A stretch of 62,310 bases of DNA, counting the filler, from Sphacelaria rigidula (taxonomy: Eukaryota), in the NCBI GenBank assembly GCA_964200075.2. It is 11 parts of 11 records of this genome, joined end to end, with 100 filler letters (N's around TTAATTAATTAA, not from the genome) between each part and the next. Parts side by side here need not be neighbours in the genome. Positions count along the whole stretch, not along the records: positions 51,065 to 56,637 come from CAXNAA020026205.1; positions 56,738 to 62,310 come from CAXNAA020026206.1; 9 more parts are not named here. One strand, 5' to 3'. Shown piece after piece: positions 50,965 to 62,310 of the stretch. A program made the position numbers and the translations under genes. Within the stretch, counting starts at the first letter, position 1, and every line of letters begins with the position of its first letter. The notes under the pieces were generated by a model that worked only from the letters and a program-made list of their open reading frames with translations, was not told the origin of the DNA and did no database searches.

Positions 50965-51876
50965 NNNNNNNNNNNNNNNNNNNNNNNNNNNNNNNNNNNN
51001 NNNNNNNNTTAATTAATTAANNNNNNNNNNNNNNNNNNNNNNNNNNNNNNNNNNNNNNNNNNNNCCTCAATCAAAAGCACCATCCTCAACATAGATGATT
51101 GGCTGTTTGCAGGAGATTCTGGTGCAATTTCGGCCGAAAGTACCTCAATTTGGGCGCGACAGGGCACTTTTGGGGGGGTGACCTCGCTGCGCCCGTTTAA
51201 TCCACGTGATACAAGAGACTCCACTACTTATCGAGGTCACGAGTTCGAATCCCGACGGATTCCTTTTTTTTTGTTCGATGTGTCAGGTCGTACATTGTGC
51301 AGTGCATTTATTTTTTCCCCTTTTTTCTTTCATTGAGCGGTGGTGTCGTGCCTGACCACGTTGGTCCGCAGGTCACACCGATATACCCCAGTCAGGCTGA
51401 TTTCGGTAAACTTGATAACTTATGATGTGGCATGCAAATGCGGGATTTACTGCTGGCCCAGCTCGAAGTACTTCACACCGCGTATCACAGTTGCAACAGA
51501 TTTCTGTGATACTGTATTCTATCGACATGTAATAATGCGATGCGCACTGTTCATGCACCAACAAAGGGATGGGGAGTTCAAAGGACATCATGTCAGGCGT
51601 GTCTGATCGCATTTTCTTCGCCGAGCTGAAATGTCACGCACGGGAGCAACCGCCACATTTAAGATCAATGCATCACAGCCAAGCACCAGCCGATCTTTTC
51701 CCGTGGGTTTGCTCACTATTGTAGTACACTTTCCTTGTGTAGAGACAGGGTGTATCACGTGCAGACTTGTGTAAGAGTCTTGGTTGTATTTTCATTTGGA
51801 TGCAGAATATGGAGGCCTGTTCTCTATTTTTCCTGTGTACAAATCATGAACCATTCTGACAGCGAAACGCAGATAC

Positions 51877-52015
51877 TTTGTCCATTGCCGACGGTCGCTT
51901 CATCTCTGTCTGTACCTTCACGATTCGCGCTAGCATCTCCTGCATCCTCGACGTTTGTTCTTCCATGACCGGAATCGCGGCTAAGCGGCCAAGTGCGGCC
52001 ATCTTGGCCAGCCTC
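51877..52015 (-). CDS. possible isolated internal exon (helical/coiled-coil-like)
   Basis: RLAKMAALGRLAAIPVMEEQTSRMQEMLARIVKVQTEMKRPSAMDK between cag and GTATCT; no homology recognised. Confidence 0.3.
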
Positions 52016-53249
52016 TGCTTCTGATGAGATACCCTACAGGGTATGACACATAATATCATGAGGGTGGATTGAGGGCATATCATGGTTCAATAAAACAGGA
52101 CACGATCGCAAACATGCGCTTATACCTGTACTCAAATCAAGATAAAGAGCGCGTTGTAATTACATCAACCGCATACACTGCCTTTTTCTACTGTGCGCAT
52201 TTCTGACAAGGTAAACTCCGTGTGTCAGTGCGTTCGTGGTGTCTGAAGGCGACTAGCACTTATCTGTGCACTACGTCTACGTAATACTGTAGGACGCGTG
52301 CATATGCAACATGCCGTAGAATTTGGGGCACAATACATGCAATTGGTGCTGTCGTGGCCCGATACGATTGTTGTGTACTACCGCGCTGTTGCCAACGAGT
52401 TGCGCACGATTGCCGGAACATGTCAGTGCTGCCACGCACCATTTTACAATAATTTTATATGCAACGTGAGCGTTCAAATTTTCGGTGGGGACTACGTACG
52501 CACATGGTCACGGTCGGGTGTGGAGTACTCTACGACCCTCCCCGAGTAGAAGTCGTCTGGGTAGTTCCGATAGCTGAACCGGGAGTAGGTCAATGTACTG
52601 CCGCAATCTCGATGGTGCGGCATAGGCCCACACTGAGTGGGTGCTGTCCGGGGATGTGTTGTGCAGACGGCAGCGGACTGTTAACTGTGCCATTCTGTGT
52701 TAGATTCAAATTTTCATACAAAATTGTATGGGTTTTCGAAGTTTCGGATACTAGAGAGTTGAAGTTGCTATACAAGGTACTAGATGCCTGTTTCTTACGA
52801 AACGGGATCTTTCTCGCCGCGTCGACTTTAGCAAAAGGAACCAAACACGTTGTTGGCAAACACCAAACACGAGGACGCAAAAAAAAACGTAGTAAGGATT
52901 TCTGTATCTTGACTCCCTCTGTTTGCACGAACAGAAGGAATGAGTATTTTTCTCTGTGATTGTAGTAGAGTATACTGTATCATACCGAATATATACACAC
53001 TGCATAAATATACGAAAATTGAAGGAAAATCAGATATCTTCATATTTATAACGTTCACTGTTCCGCATCTTTAGCTTTTAGATAATGACATTTTGTACGC
53101 GTGAGTAATTCAAACCACCGAGGGCCTCCTGTACACAATCAATTGCATCTCTTGTCAATTGACGATTGCCGCACCCCCCCTCAGTCACGGAGACCGATCG
53201 AAGACCAGCGGGAAGGTACACCTGCATATATTTCCTGGTGAAACTCTCT

Positions 53250-54131
53250 ATGTGTCACCCGAAACCGCCGAGGCGCAGCCGGCTCTCGCTCAACGAGGTA
53301 GATCATATCTTGATGCCCTTCTTTCGAAAGCAGGAACAAGGTGAACACAGCTTGGAGGAGACAGCCGAAGCAACGACTCTGCCGAACATGACCTCCGATG
53401 AGGGAAGCAGCAGCACCCGCCGTTCTCCCACCGATCCTGAGAGGCTAGATGATAGTGGCACAGCCGATCGTGAGCCACCAGGGGATCCGGGGAGAGGTGG
53501 GGGGGCACTGGGGGAGGTGCGTACAGACTTGACGGGCGGGCGGGCAAGAAGTGCAATGTTGGCAGACAGTGCCGTTTTAACTGAAGGGGGGTTGAGAAGT
53601 ACAGGGGAGGTAGTGCCAAGGATTCCAATAGCTCCACCCGATCCACCCGCCAAGCCGATCCCCTCTCCCCCCCGAAGGCTAAACAACAACCCAAATGCAA
53701 ATAAGCGTATCCGATTGACGGGGGTTATAGGGGAGTTTTTGGATTCGTCGACGGTGTGGGCTGACTTCGCTGTGATGGAAGCAGAGCGCAAGGCCGATCA
53801 AGAGAGTGACAGCAGTAACAAAAATAATAATAGAAGCGAAAGGCGGCAGCCCTCGGCCGCTGCTGCTGCCCCTTTCTCCTCTACGCCTGCTGCTGCTGCT
53901 GCTGTGACCTTAGAAGGCCAGGACACTTCCAGCGGGGGAGGCAAGGAAGCGACGGGTAGCGAGGGTGGTGATCCAACAACGGCGGGGGAACGGGGGCAGA
54001 GACAATCATCGGGGGGTTGTGCAATGGGGGACGGGCGGCGGCAAGCGTCAGAGTGCCATGCTGACGAGCCGGAATCACCTAATTGCAGGCCACGCAGCAC
54101 CATCCGGGGTGGCAACAAACCCTCCGCTTGA
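53250..54131 (+). CDS. putative low-complexity protein or terminal exon
   Basis: GC-rich 321-codon open frame (53166-54131) with protein-like composition. ATG at 53250 or acceptor near 53333. Confidence 0.5.
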   Translation: MCHPKPPRRSRLSLNEVDHILMPFFRKQEQGEHSLEETAEATTLPNMTSDEGSSSTRRSPTDPERLDDSGTADREPPGDPGRGGGALGEVRTDLTGGRARSAMLADSAVLTEGGLRSTGEVVPRIPIAPPDPPAKPIPSPPRRLNNNPNANKRIRLTGVIGEFLDSSTVWADFAVMEAERKADQESDSSNKNNNRSERRQPSAAAAAPFSSTPAAAAAVTLEGQDTSSGGGKEATGSEGGDPTTAGERGQRQSSGGCAMGDGRRQASECHADEPESPNCRPRSTIRGGNKPSA

Positions 54132-56737
54132 AAGAGAACAGAGCATATCTTTCCCCGCCTTCTTCTCCCCTCCTTGCCGCCCCCCCTCCGCGCCCACCCC
54201 CACGATTCCCGTTGCACTCGAGCCAACACGCTGCTGTCCGTGGTTGTCGGCGTTGAAGGACGATGTGCGGGACGATTGGTCAGGGAGGGGGGAGGGGCAG
54301 GAAGCGGGGTGCGGGAACCGTCAAAATTGCGAAACATTGGTGCGAATCTGTTTTTTTCTACCTTGATATTTGGATATATTGTATCACGACGGTTGTTCTA
54401 TCGTGGAACAAACGGTGGCATCATTGGGGTGACGGCGGCGGTAGGCGAGCGAGCTGTGGATAATGAGATGCCTTGGCAAGCGGAAAGCGAGGAGTCGTGT
54501 GATGATATGAGGTGGGATTCAGTTATGAGGGGAGCGGCGAGGGGGGTGCAGGGGGGCCCAGGGAGCGGGTGCGAGTGTTGCGCACCCTTTGTAAGTAAAT
54601 AGGGTCCCCAAACGATGTGTATTTTTTGGCGCACAAAATTTTACTATGCCGAATTTTCGTTTTTTAAGATTTCCGTCACATGTGAGTATATGTGCTCTGT
54701 TTTGTTGTGTAGAGGCTTTGTCGTACTTGGAGGAGGGACGTTACCTTCGGTACACCCCGAAAAAAATATATCAACCGAGCTGATTCACGTCATGGGCTTT
54801 TCTTATTAGTATATTTTGGTGGGGCAAGGCAAGTAGCTCGGTAAGGGGGTTTGGGGGAGGGAAGGGGGTGGGGGGGGAGGGGGGGGGGGCGTAGTGTAGA
54901 GTTTTAGGCTTCTTTGTGGTCGTGTACAACAGATCACATTTACGTTATATGCCCGCCATGTGTTGTGATGTCGTGTTGCTCGTTGCTCACCTGCTTTCGT
55001 ACGTGCTTGGGTTCGAAAAAATAGAGTTGAACAATTGAGAACTGAAAATGAGAGAAGCTGTGACTGTTCGTGACGGAGACGGGGGCAAGACAGGGATATA
55101 AAGGGTAGTCCGCTGAGGGATATCAAGAGCCCTGTGAGCCCCCCGTACGGAAACACTAGTTTTTTATTTTATTTTTTGTCCCGCACCGTGAAATTCAGGC
55201 CGTTTGTGTGGGTCACTTGAGGGGAACAGCCTAGCAGATTATGTATCGTGTGGACCTAGATTTCGTATCCTACGTTCATTTTTATATTATGTACAGTATA
55301 GACAGTGAACTCCGGCCGTAAACGGCGGTGTCCCCCCCCCAAGTACCCTCGAGGCGCATGTCCGAAACTATGGTTGTTCTGTGGTAGTTTCAAGCGAGAT
55401 CGCATCTGTTTCTACAGCGTCGTCCAGGCGCATAAGTCATATGGGGGCGTACAGGAAGTTGTGGGGGGTACCATGCTGTTGTATTTTCACGTGCTGTAGT
55501 CGGGTGTAGCGGTAACATTTCCTTCGTGTTTGGCATCATTTTTTTCGTTCACTGAACCCTTGCTGTGTGCCGCAACAACACCTCGCGCTATGTGCAAGGG
55601 TCCCCCCGCTACCGCCCCGTAGGCACGCGTGTTTTGCGCATCATGTTTTCACGGGTGAGTCGACACGAAAGTTTTTTCTGTCAACCGCCTGTGCAAATGT
55701 CGACGCGTGCAAGGACGGAAGGTATACCGGGTGAGCCACGGGTGTGCAAACTGTCGCTCAGGCGCGGGAGATGACACTCGGTACCTGTTGAAAAAAACAT
55801 GGCGATATTTCGTTTGTACTCTTTGTTCATCGTTCGTTCGTCGAGGGTAGTTCATGTGTCGTGTAAGAACATATTTTATCTGCGGATTTATTTCACCCGA
55901 GATTTTTGTCGTGGTCATGGTCGAAGATTTATGCTTTTAACGCGAATCAAAGTAAGCTCGATAATAATATCACACGGGGAGAGCTTTGGTGGCAGCAGAC
56001 GAAGAAATAAAATGGAGTGTGCAGACCGACTTTAGTCTCACACCGCCCCCCATGTGTCATGTCTGGAGTTTGAAAGAGATGTCGAAAAAAGTACAGGTCA
56101 TACTCGGATCACACTGTGTAACAATAAAGTTAGCAGCTACTAACTGATGGTTAAAACTAGCAGGTCGAGTGGGTTTCTCAAGCGGGGAAGAAGCATGGGG
56201 CGATTTTCGATCGATCGATAGGAAGCTGAGATGAGGGTTTTCATAGCCGAGTTCCCTCGAGAGCGTGCTTTTTTAAATATTAGTAGGGGGGGGGAGGGGG
56301 GGGGGACATGAGCGATACCATTTGTCGTGGTCAGCGCCTTCGAGGAAGGGAGGGGTTCCCGGCCGTAATCCGTGGGCAGCGGTCTCGGAGACGATGATGT
56401 AGATAATGAAGAGAAGTGACAGGTCACGTTTTGTTCTTCTTCACTCACGTCCCCTTTCAGTCATGTGGACATGGGGCACCGTGGGACGTGTGTGTACGAT
56501 TGCTGTGTGGGAAGGGGTGGCGAAGGGGGGGTTACATCATGCATGAAACATGGCACCTGCGGAGGGGGGGGGGGGGGGCGGGGTGGACCCATTCCCCGGC
56601 GGGGGACACCCCGGGGGGGGGAGCGTCCTGAGGGCGGNNNNNNNNNNNNNNNNNNNNNNNNNNNNNNNNNNNNNNNNNNNNTTAATTAATTAANNNNNNN
56701 NNNNNNNNNNNNNNNNNNNNNNNNNNNNNNNNNNNNN

Positions 56738-59700
56738 CCGAGGGCACCGGGCCTACGCCGACCCCGCCCTCGCCTGAGCCCGAGCCTACGTGTGTGGACG
56801 TTGACGAGACGTGCAACGTGGACGCCGACTGCTGCGACCCGTACGACTGTTCCACCATCGCTGGCGAGAGAGGTGATGATCGCTCGGCATGTGCTTGTCA
56901 TTCGTCCGACAGAGGTTTTGCAGTTTTCATGTCTTTGGCGATGTCCAGTTTGTTGTTGCAAGACCTGTTTTGCGTGCTAGGAACGTTGAAGTGCTCGTGG
57001 CCGTTGAATGTTTCCACGGTAACAAAACAGAACGATATGTTCCTACAGTAGCAAAACAGAACGAAAATGCAACGTTTGGTCCTGTTCTATACGCTGTTTG
57101 TCGACCTGTGTTTCGTTTGACGGCATGTCCGAAATCGGCTGTCGTGTGGTGCTGTCTCGATCACACAGTGTGCTCCGCCAAGTGCGGGGAAGAGGAAGAT
57201 GTGTGCGGGTCCAACACAGAAAGGAGGTGCTGCAGCGGCTACGAGTGCTCCGACGACAGTAAGTACTTACCAGAGGTCCCGGTTGCAGTCATATTTCAGT
57301 ACGATGTCGTCTTGATTAGTGCCCATCTATGAACCACGAGAAGTGGTCGGATATATTTACGCCAGGAAGGCGTTGACTCCACAAGAACGGGTAGAGCTGG
57401 AGTAGAGACGGCTGAGTCACCCTCGAGTGGACAGCAGTCTCTGTTGAAACCACGTCCGAGTCGACAAGATGCGGGCCCCATCATGGACAAAACTGTCGTC
57501 TGGTCTCATACACGATTAGTAAAGTAGTCAGTATCTTCTCGCCTGCACGTGTCTGCATTTTACTGTTACTGTTCCAACCTGAGGGCGACCTCTGGGGACT
57601 CTGGTATGCTGGAAGAGACAACCTGGCATAGAAACAGTAGTGTTTCTAATGATCAGGTCCTTCGTGAGTCATGTCTGGTTATCATGTGTGTTTTACCGAC
57701 CATACGAACCCCACTGTTCGCAGAATGCGTGCCCGAGGGCACCGGGCCTACGCCGACCCCGCCCTCGCCTGAGCCCGAGCCTACGTGTGTGGACGTTGAC
57801 GAGACGTGCAACGTGGACGCCGACTGCTGCGACCCGTACGACTGTTCCACCATCGCTGGTGAAAGGGGTGGGTTGTCCGTTGAACTTGTAGAGTAGTCGC
57901 GAGATATCCTAGCATTTGCGGCGGGGATTTTACTACTTGCCTACAAGGGCTTTTGCAGGGCGTTTTGATTTTTGCAACTCACCATTTTCACCGATATTTG
58001 CGTCGAGGGCACTCGGCATTTGTGTAAAATAAGGTAACGTACGATAGCAAGTATTGAATAACAAGCTGAGAAACGGGAAATTACGGCAAGTAGGGACAAG
58101 GGAAACGCAGACACTAACATGACACGTCACACTAACACTTTCCTCGATTCCGAGACGGGAGCCGACAGAAACCTGCCAGCGCCTCAAGGGTATCTAGAAA
58201 ATATTAAGTGAAGGCTATGGTGACGGCTCCATCTTGATTCGACTACCTCTGTCCTCGTACGTCACCTCCGTCCGTTGCCATCGACAGTGTGCGCACCCAA
58301 GGGCGCTGACGTTACACCACCCTCACCCTCTCCGGGGTTGGGATCGTGTGCGGATGTAACCGAGAACTGCAGGGTTGACGCCGACTGCTGCAACCCGTAC
58401 GACTGCGCCACCATCGCTGGCGAGAGAGGTGATGGTCACCTGGCGTGAAAATATTATTCGTCATCTAACGACCATCACTCCCGACGGCAACAGCACTGTG
58501 TATGCCCTCGATGACAGCCGGTTTGTTTCTGTGATACTCACCGTGAGTACTAGTATAATGGAATACTTTTTAATTGCCAATCATGTGGAGTGAAGTCAAA
58601 CCTAGACGTAGCATTTTCGTTTGCTGACTTGCGCTTGCCTTCAATACGTCCCGACATTGATCTTCGTGTGATATGTTCTCGATCCCACAGTATGCTCCGC
58701 CAAGTGCGGAGAGGAGGACGACGTGTGCGGATTCAACACGGAAAGGACGTGCTGCAGCGGCTACGAGTGCTTCGACGACAGTAAGTACCTGCCCTAGATC
58801 CTATTCTAGTCTCGTTGCAGTACAACGTCGTTTCAATGAGTGCCTATCTATGAACCACGAGAACGGGTTGGGTAAAATTATTCCAGAGAAGAGTTGAATC
58901 CAGACTATCAGGATTTTCAGCATTAATGCAGTATCTACTGAATGAACAAATAGCCTAGTCGGCGGAGATGCAGGATACGTGCAAAAAATTGTTTCCAGAT
59001 TTGACAGGCCACCAATAATCACTATGTTCTCGCTTATGATGTGATTTTCGTCGGCGTTTACGCGTTCTAGTGATTTGCTTTCATTCTGAGCGTAAACGTT
59101 TAGCACTGTGGAGTGTGTAAAAAGCGGCATTCTTCGCGGTGATCGCGTATGTTTGATGAGCATCTGGTCATGTGTGCGTATGCCAACCGCATCGATCTCA
59201 TTTGCGCGCAGAGTGCGTGCCAGAGGGCACCAGTCCTACGACGATCCCACCTTCGCCTGAACCCAGTTGCGTTGACGTTGATGAGACATGCAACGTCGAC
59301 GCCGACTGCTGCGACCCATACGACTGCTCCACCATCGGCGGTGAAAGAGGTATGATGGTAGGATATGCTGTATACAAAATGGTGGTTCGGTGTCGGTATA
59401 CTTGGTGTCAACGGGAGAGTATTCGGGGGGGTTGCGAGGTACGGTGCGGACAATGTAAAAGCCACAAATGTTTTTCTGCTCTTCTTTTTGTTACGAAAGG
59501 GTTTCCTTCCTAGGCTGTGAAGACAGTCATTTCACGACGCAACAGAGACCATGGTGCAACTCATTCTCGTTGGCTGTGACCACAGCGTGTATAGTTCACA
59601 TTGCGGAAATGCCATCCTTCTCTACCACGTCTGATGTTCGTTTCCGTCGATCGTCGATGTGAGAGCTCCGCGCGTATTCGTGAGCGGGGGAACTAGAGTT

Positions 59701-62069
59701 GCTGGTCATCATGAAGTAATGGGACATACATGAGCAATGCCACGGTAGGGGTGCACTTTTTATCTGGGGCTCTTTGTTGTGAAAGCCCCTCTCGATGAAA
59801 AATATCTCGGCCTTAGTGTGCAGCCTCAGAAAACGTTTGGACTGAGAAATGCAACCCTACCATGACATCAATCACAAAGGTATTTTCCGTAAGGACGCCT
59901 CCTTTGCAATCACTGATCCTGATGCTGCAAAATTGCTTTGGTGTTAAGAGTTTATTCTCAATGATATTGATGTCGACTGCACCGTGTTCTCTGGGAAGTA
60001 ACGAAAATTCTTGCTGGAGGAAATATCGAGCGAGAAACCGGAATAGAGAAGAAAAAAAACGAAAAGAGTGTAACGAAACATGGGCACCAGACTACATACT
60101 AGCACTGCTCACGAGAAAACATGCGACAGGCCCTTGCCAGGATTTTTGGTGAGGAGGCCGTGTGGAATACAAAACCATGAAAGCAGTTTGCCAGTAGAGC
60201 CCGTGGCACTTCCGAGGAAAATCTCCCTTGATTTGCACTACTGTTTTTGTACGAATCGGACATAACATAGAAAATACAATGAACAGCTTATGATCGCACA
60301 TTTACACGCGCGAGGGACACTAGAGATTGATGATGTACATATGTTTTGCAGAAAATAGAGAACAGTATGATGCAGGCATGTCAATCCCGTATCAGCAACA
60401 ACAGGAGATATGTAGACTACTGGCGATCAGATATGTCTTGCGCATATGATGCTGTCTTGTGCGGGCACTTATACGTGCATGTGCCCCACGTTCTCTTTGT
60501 TTTATGTTTGAAACTGCAGTGTGTTCCACCAAGTGCGGCGAGGAAAACAACGTGTGCAGCTCCGACCCTGCAATCACCGAGAGGGCGTGCTGTAGTGGCT
60601 ATGAATGCATCGACGATGGTACGTTTTTCGCGTCTACAGTACAGTACGATGCAGTGCAGTCGTACGTTCCGGAAGATTTAGTGATTATTCGATTGAGTGG
60701 TCAGTCGATTGCTCGATTGACCGATCAATTGATGGGTCGCACACAGTGACTGATCCGTCACGATTCCAACCGTCGACACAAGGCAGACGCATCCAAGTGA
60801 AACACACGGATTCACTCGCGTTTCAAGAAGTCCGAGCGGAAAATAGATGGAATTTCAAAGAAGAGGAAGCACCGAACTTGAAGGGAAAACATGATGAAAA
60901 ACGAAAAGGAAGGGAAGGAAACGAAACGAAACATAACAACAAAAAACGGTAGACGAACAGCTAGTAGTGCCGGTTTCCCAGAGGAATGTCTCGACGGGCG
61001 CCTGATGCATTGCGCCAGGTAAGGAGATCTTGCGAATACGACATGAGAACGAACACGAAGAACATAGACGTGGAAGGAGATGAAGAATTGCGAAAGAAAT
61101 CCCAAAATATATAATAGAGGGGGAGAGTGCGATTTCCGCCACGTGTATTTCCCGCCACCTCGACGAGATGTCGTCATAACGGTTGCAGCATGCGATACCG
61201 GAAAACTCACATGCTTAGGTAAGTGCTGACGCCACATTCCATTTGCTGGTCTTCTACTTACGGTTTTCGGGGTGCCCCGTCTTCTGTGTGTTGCTGGTAA
61301 AGTAGCTTCCACTCGGGTCGTGGGCATTCTTATACGTCGTTTATTTTATCGTGCATTGGTGGCTAACCTCTCCGTTGTTGTTGATTGATGACAGTAAATC
61401 TTCCCGTACATATCTCCATTCACGTAAGATCAAATACCAAGCGCGCATATTGGTGACGTTTGTAGCTTTCTCATGCTCCGATCGTAAAAGAACCTTGGAA
61501 ACCTGCCATACTGATGCCTTCCACTGTTCCGGTATTCCAGTGTGCGTACTCGAAGGTGCCGGTCGAACCCCAACTCCCGAACCCACGCCCGAGTCCACGC
61601 CCGAACCCGAGCCGACGTGTGAAGAAGCTGACGGCCTCTGCTCCATCGTGGATGACTGCTGCGGTGATCTTTTCTGTGTACAAGGAAGTGAGTTTGGGAT
61701 AAACGTACCGACCACTCGTCGTGCATTTGTAGCCGTAGATACTAAATGACCTTGGGATTGATTATCATGCGATTGCTACCGTAACGTGGACTGCTGTGGC
61801 TGATTTGTCCTGACTTCTGCATGATAGGCGTGCAAAGACCGAGAATACGTATTCGTAGGTGGCCCCTTCATCCACCACGCACTTGGCGACCCTCCCCACG
61901 TGTCCTCCCGGATCGAAGTGTAAATACTGATCAACATGACATGCCGGTGTATTTTTGAATGTTATGTTCTGTTTTGCAGGATGCGTATCGCACTCTGGCT
62001 GCAGTGACGAAGACGGCGGCTGCGCTACGGATTCCGGTTGTTGCGGCGATCTGAAATGCCAGAACGACG
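56738..62069 (+). CDS. secreted-type Cys-rich repeat protein with knottin-like modules and Pro/Thr/Glu linkers (partial gene, >=9 exons)
   Basis: Exons <56738-56872, 57169-57258, 57724-57867, 58288-58428, 58691-58780, 59212-59349, 60520-60618, 61541-61687, 61980-62069. All visible junctions are GT-AG and phase 1, and they join into one open frame. Confidence 0.88.
59732..59873. mobile_element. ~140-bp MITE in intron (copy of 6592-6732)
   Basis: GAGCAATGCCACGGTAGGG ... CCCTACCATGACATCAATC. Confidence 0.75.
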
Positions 62070-62310
62070 GTGTGTACAATTGCAGCCGCTTGTATGTCGT
62101 GGTGAACAATAAACAGGGGATTCTATGAAATGAGGTTGGTCAATGAAATGAGGTTTGAGAAGCAGTCGTTTGACCATGGACCACGCCCCGTCTCGAAAGG
62201 TCAATAATCAAACGACTAAGGCAAACAACAAATGAGTACGCCCCCTCCCCCCCCCCCCGAACCCCCTTAGGCCCCTCGGGGGGGGCATTCCCCCCGGGGT
62301 ATTTCGCCAC

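Overview
Eukaryotic, intron-rich and heavily transposon-laden draft scaffold. It has many N-gaps padded with an artificial TTAATTAATTAA linker. The GT-AG gene structure, TTAGGG-type repeats and repeat landscape suggest a brown alga (Phaeophyceae); this is an inference. Host genes visible: three exons of a UBE2J1/UBC6-type tail-anchored ubiquitin-conjugating enzyme (302-2270, +); two very large in-phase exons of a low-complexity protein (16653-11707, -); an isolated cytochrome P450 exon (25870-25980, +); a few weaker exons; and at the right end a gene built from at least 9 symmetric phase-1 exons, each encoding a knottin-like Cys module (56738-62069, +, open at both ends). The rest is mostly TE-derived. 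It includes a Gypsy 3' half whose integrase carries chromo-like and Tudor-like tails, several degenerate Copia elements, a LINE remnant and tRNA-derived SINEs. It also has two MITE groups with 4-bp TSDs (one carrying telomeric repeats), a foldback element, and an element with a ~63-bp tandem array.
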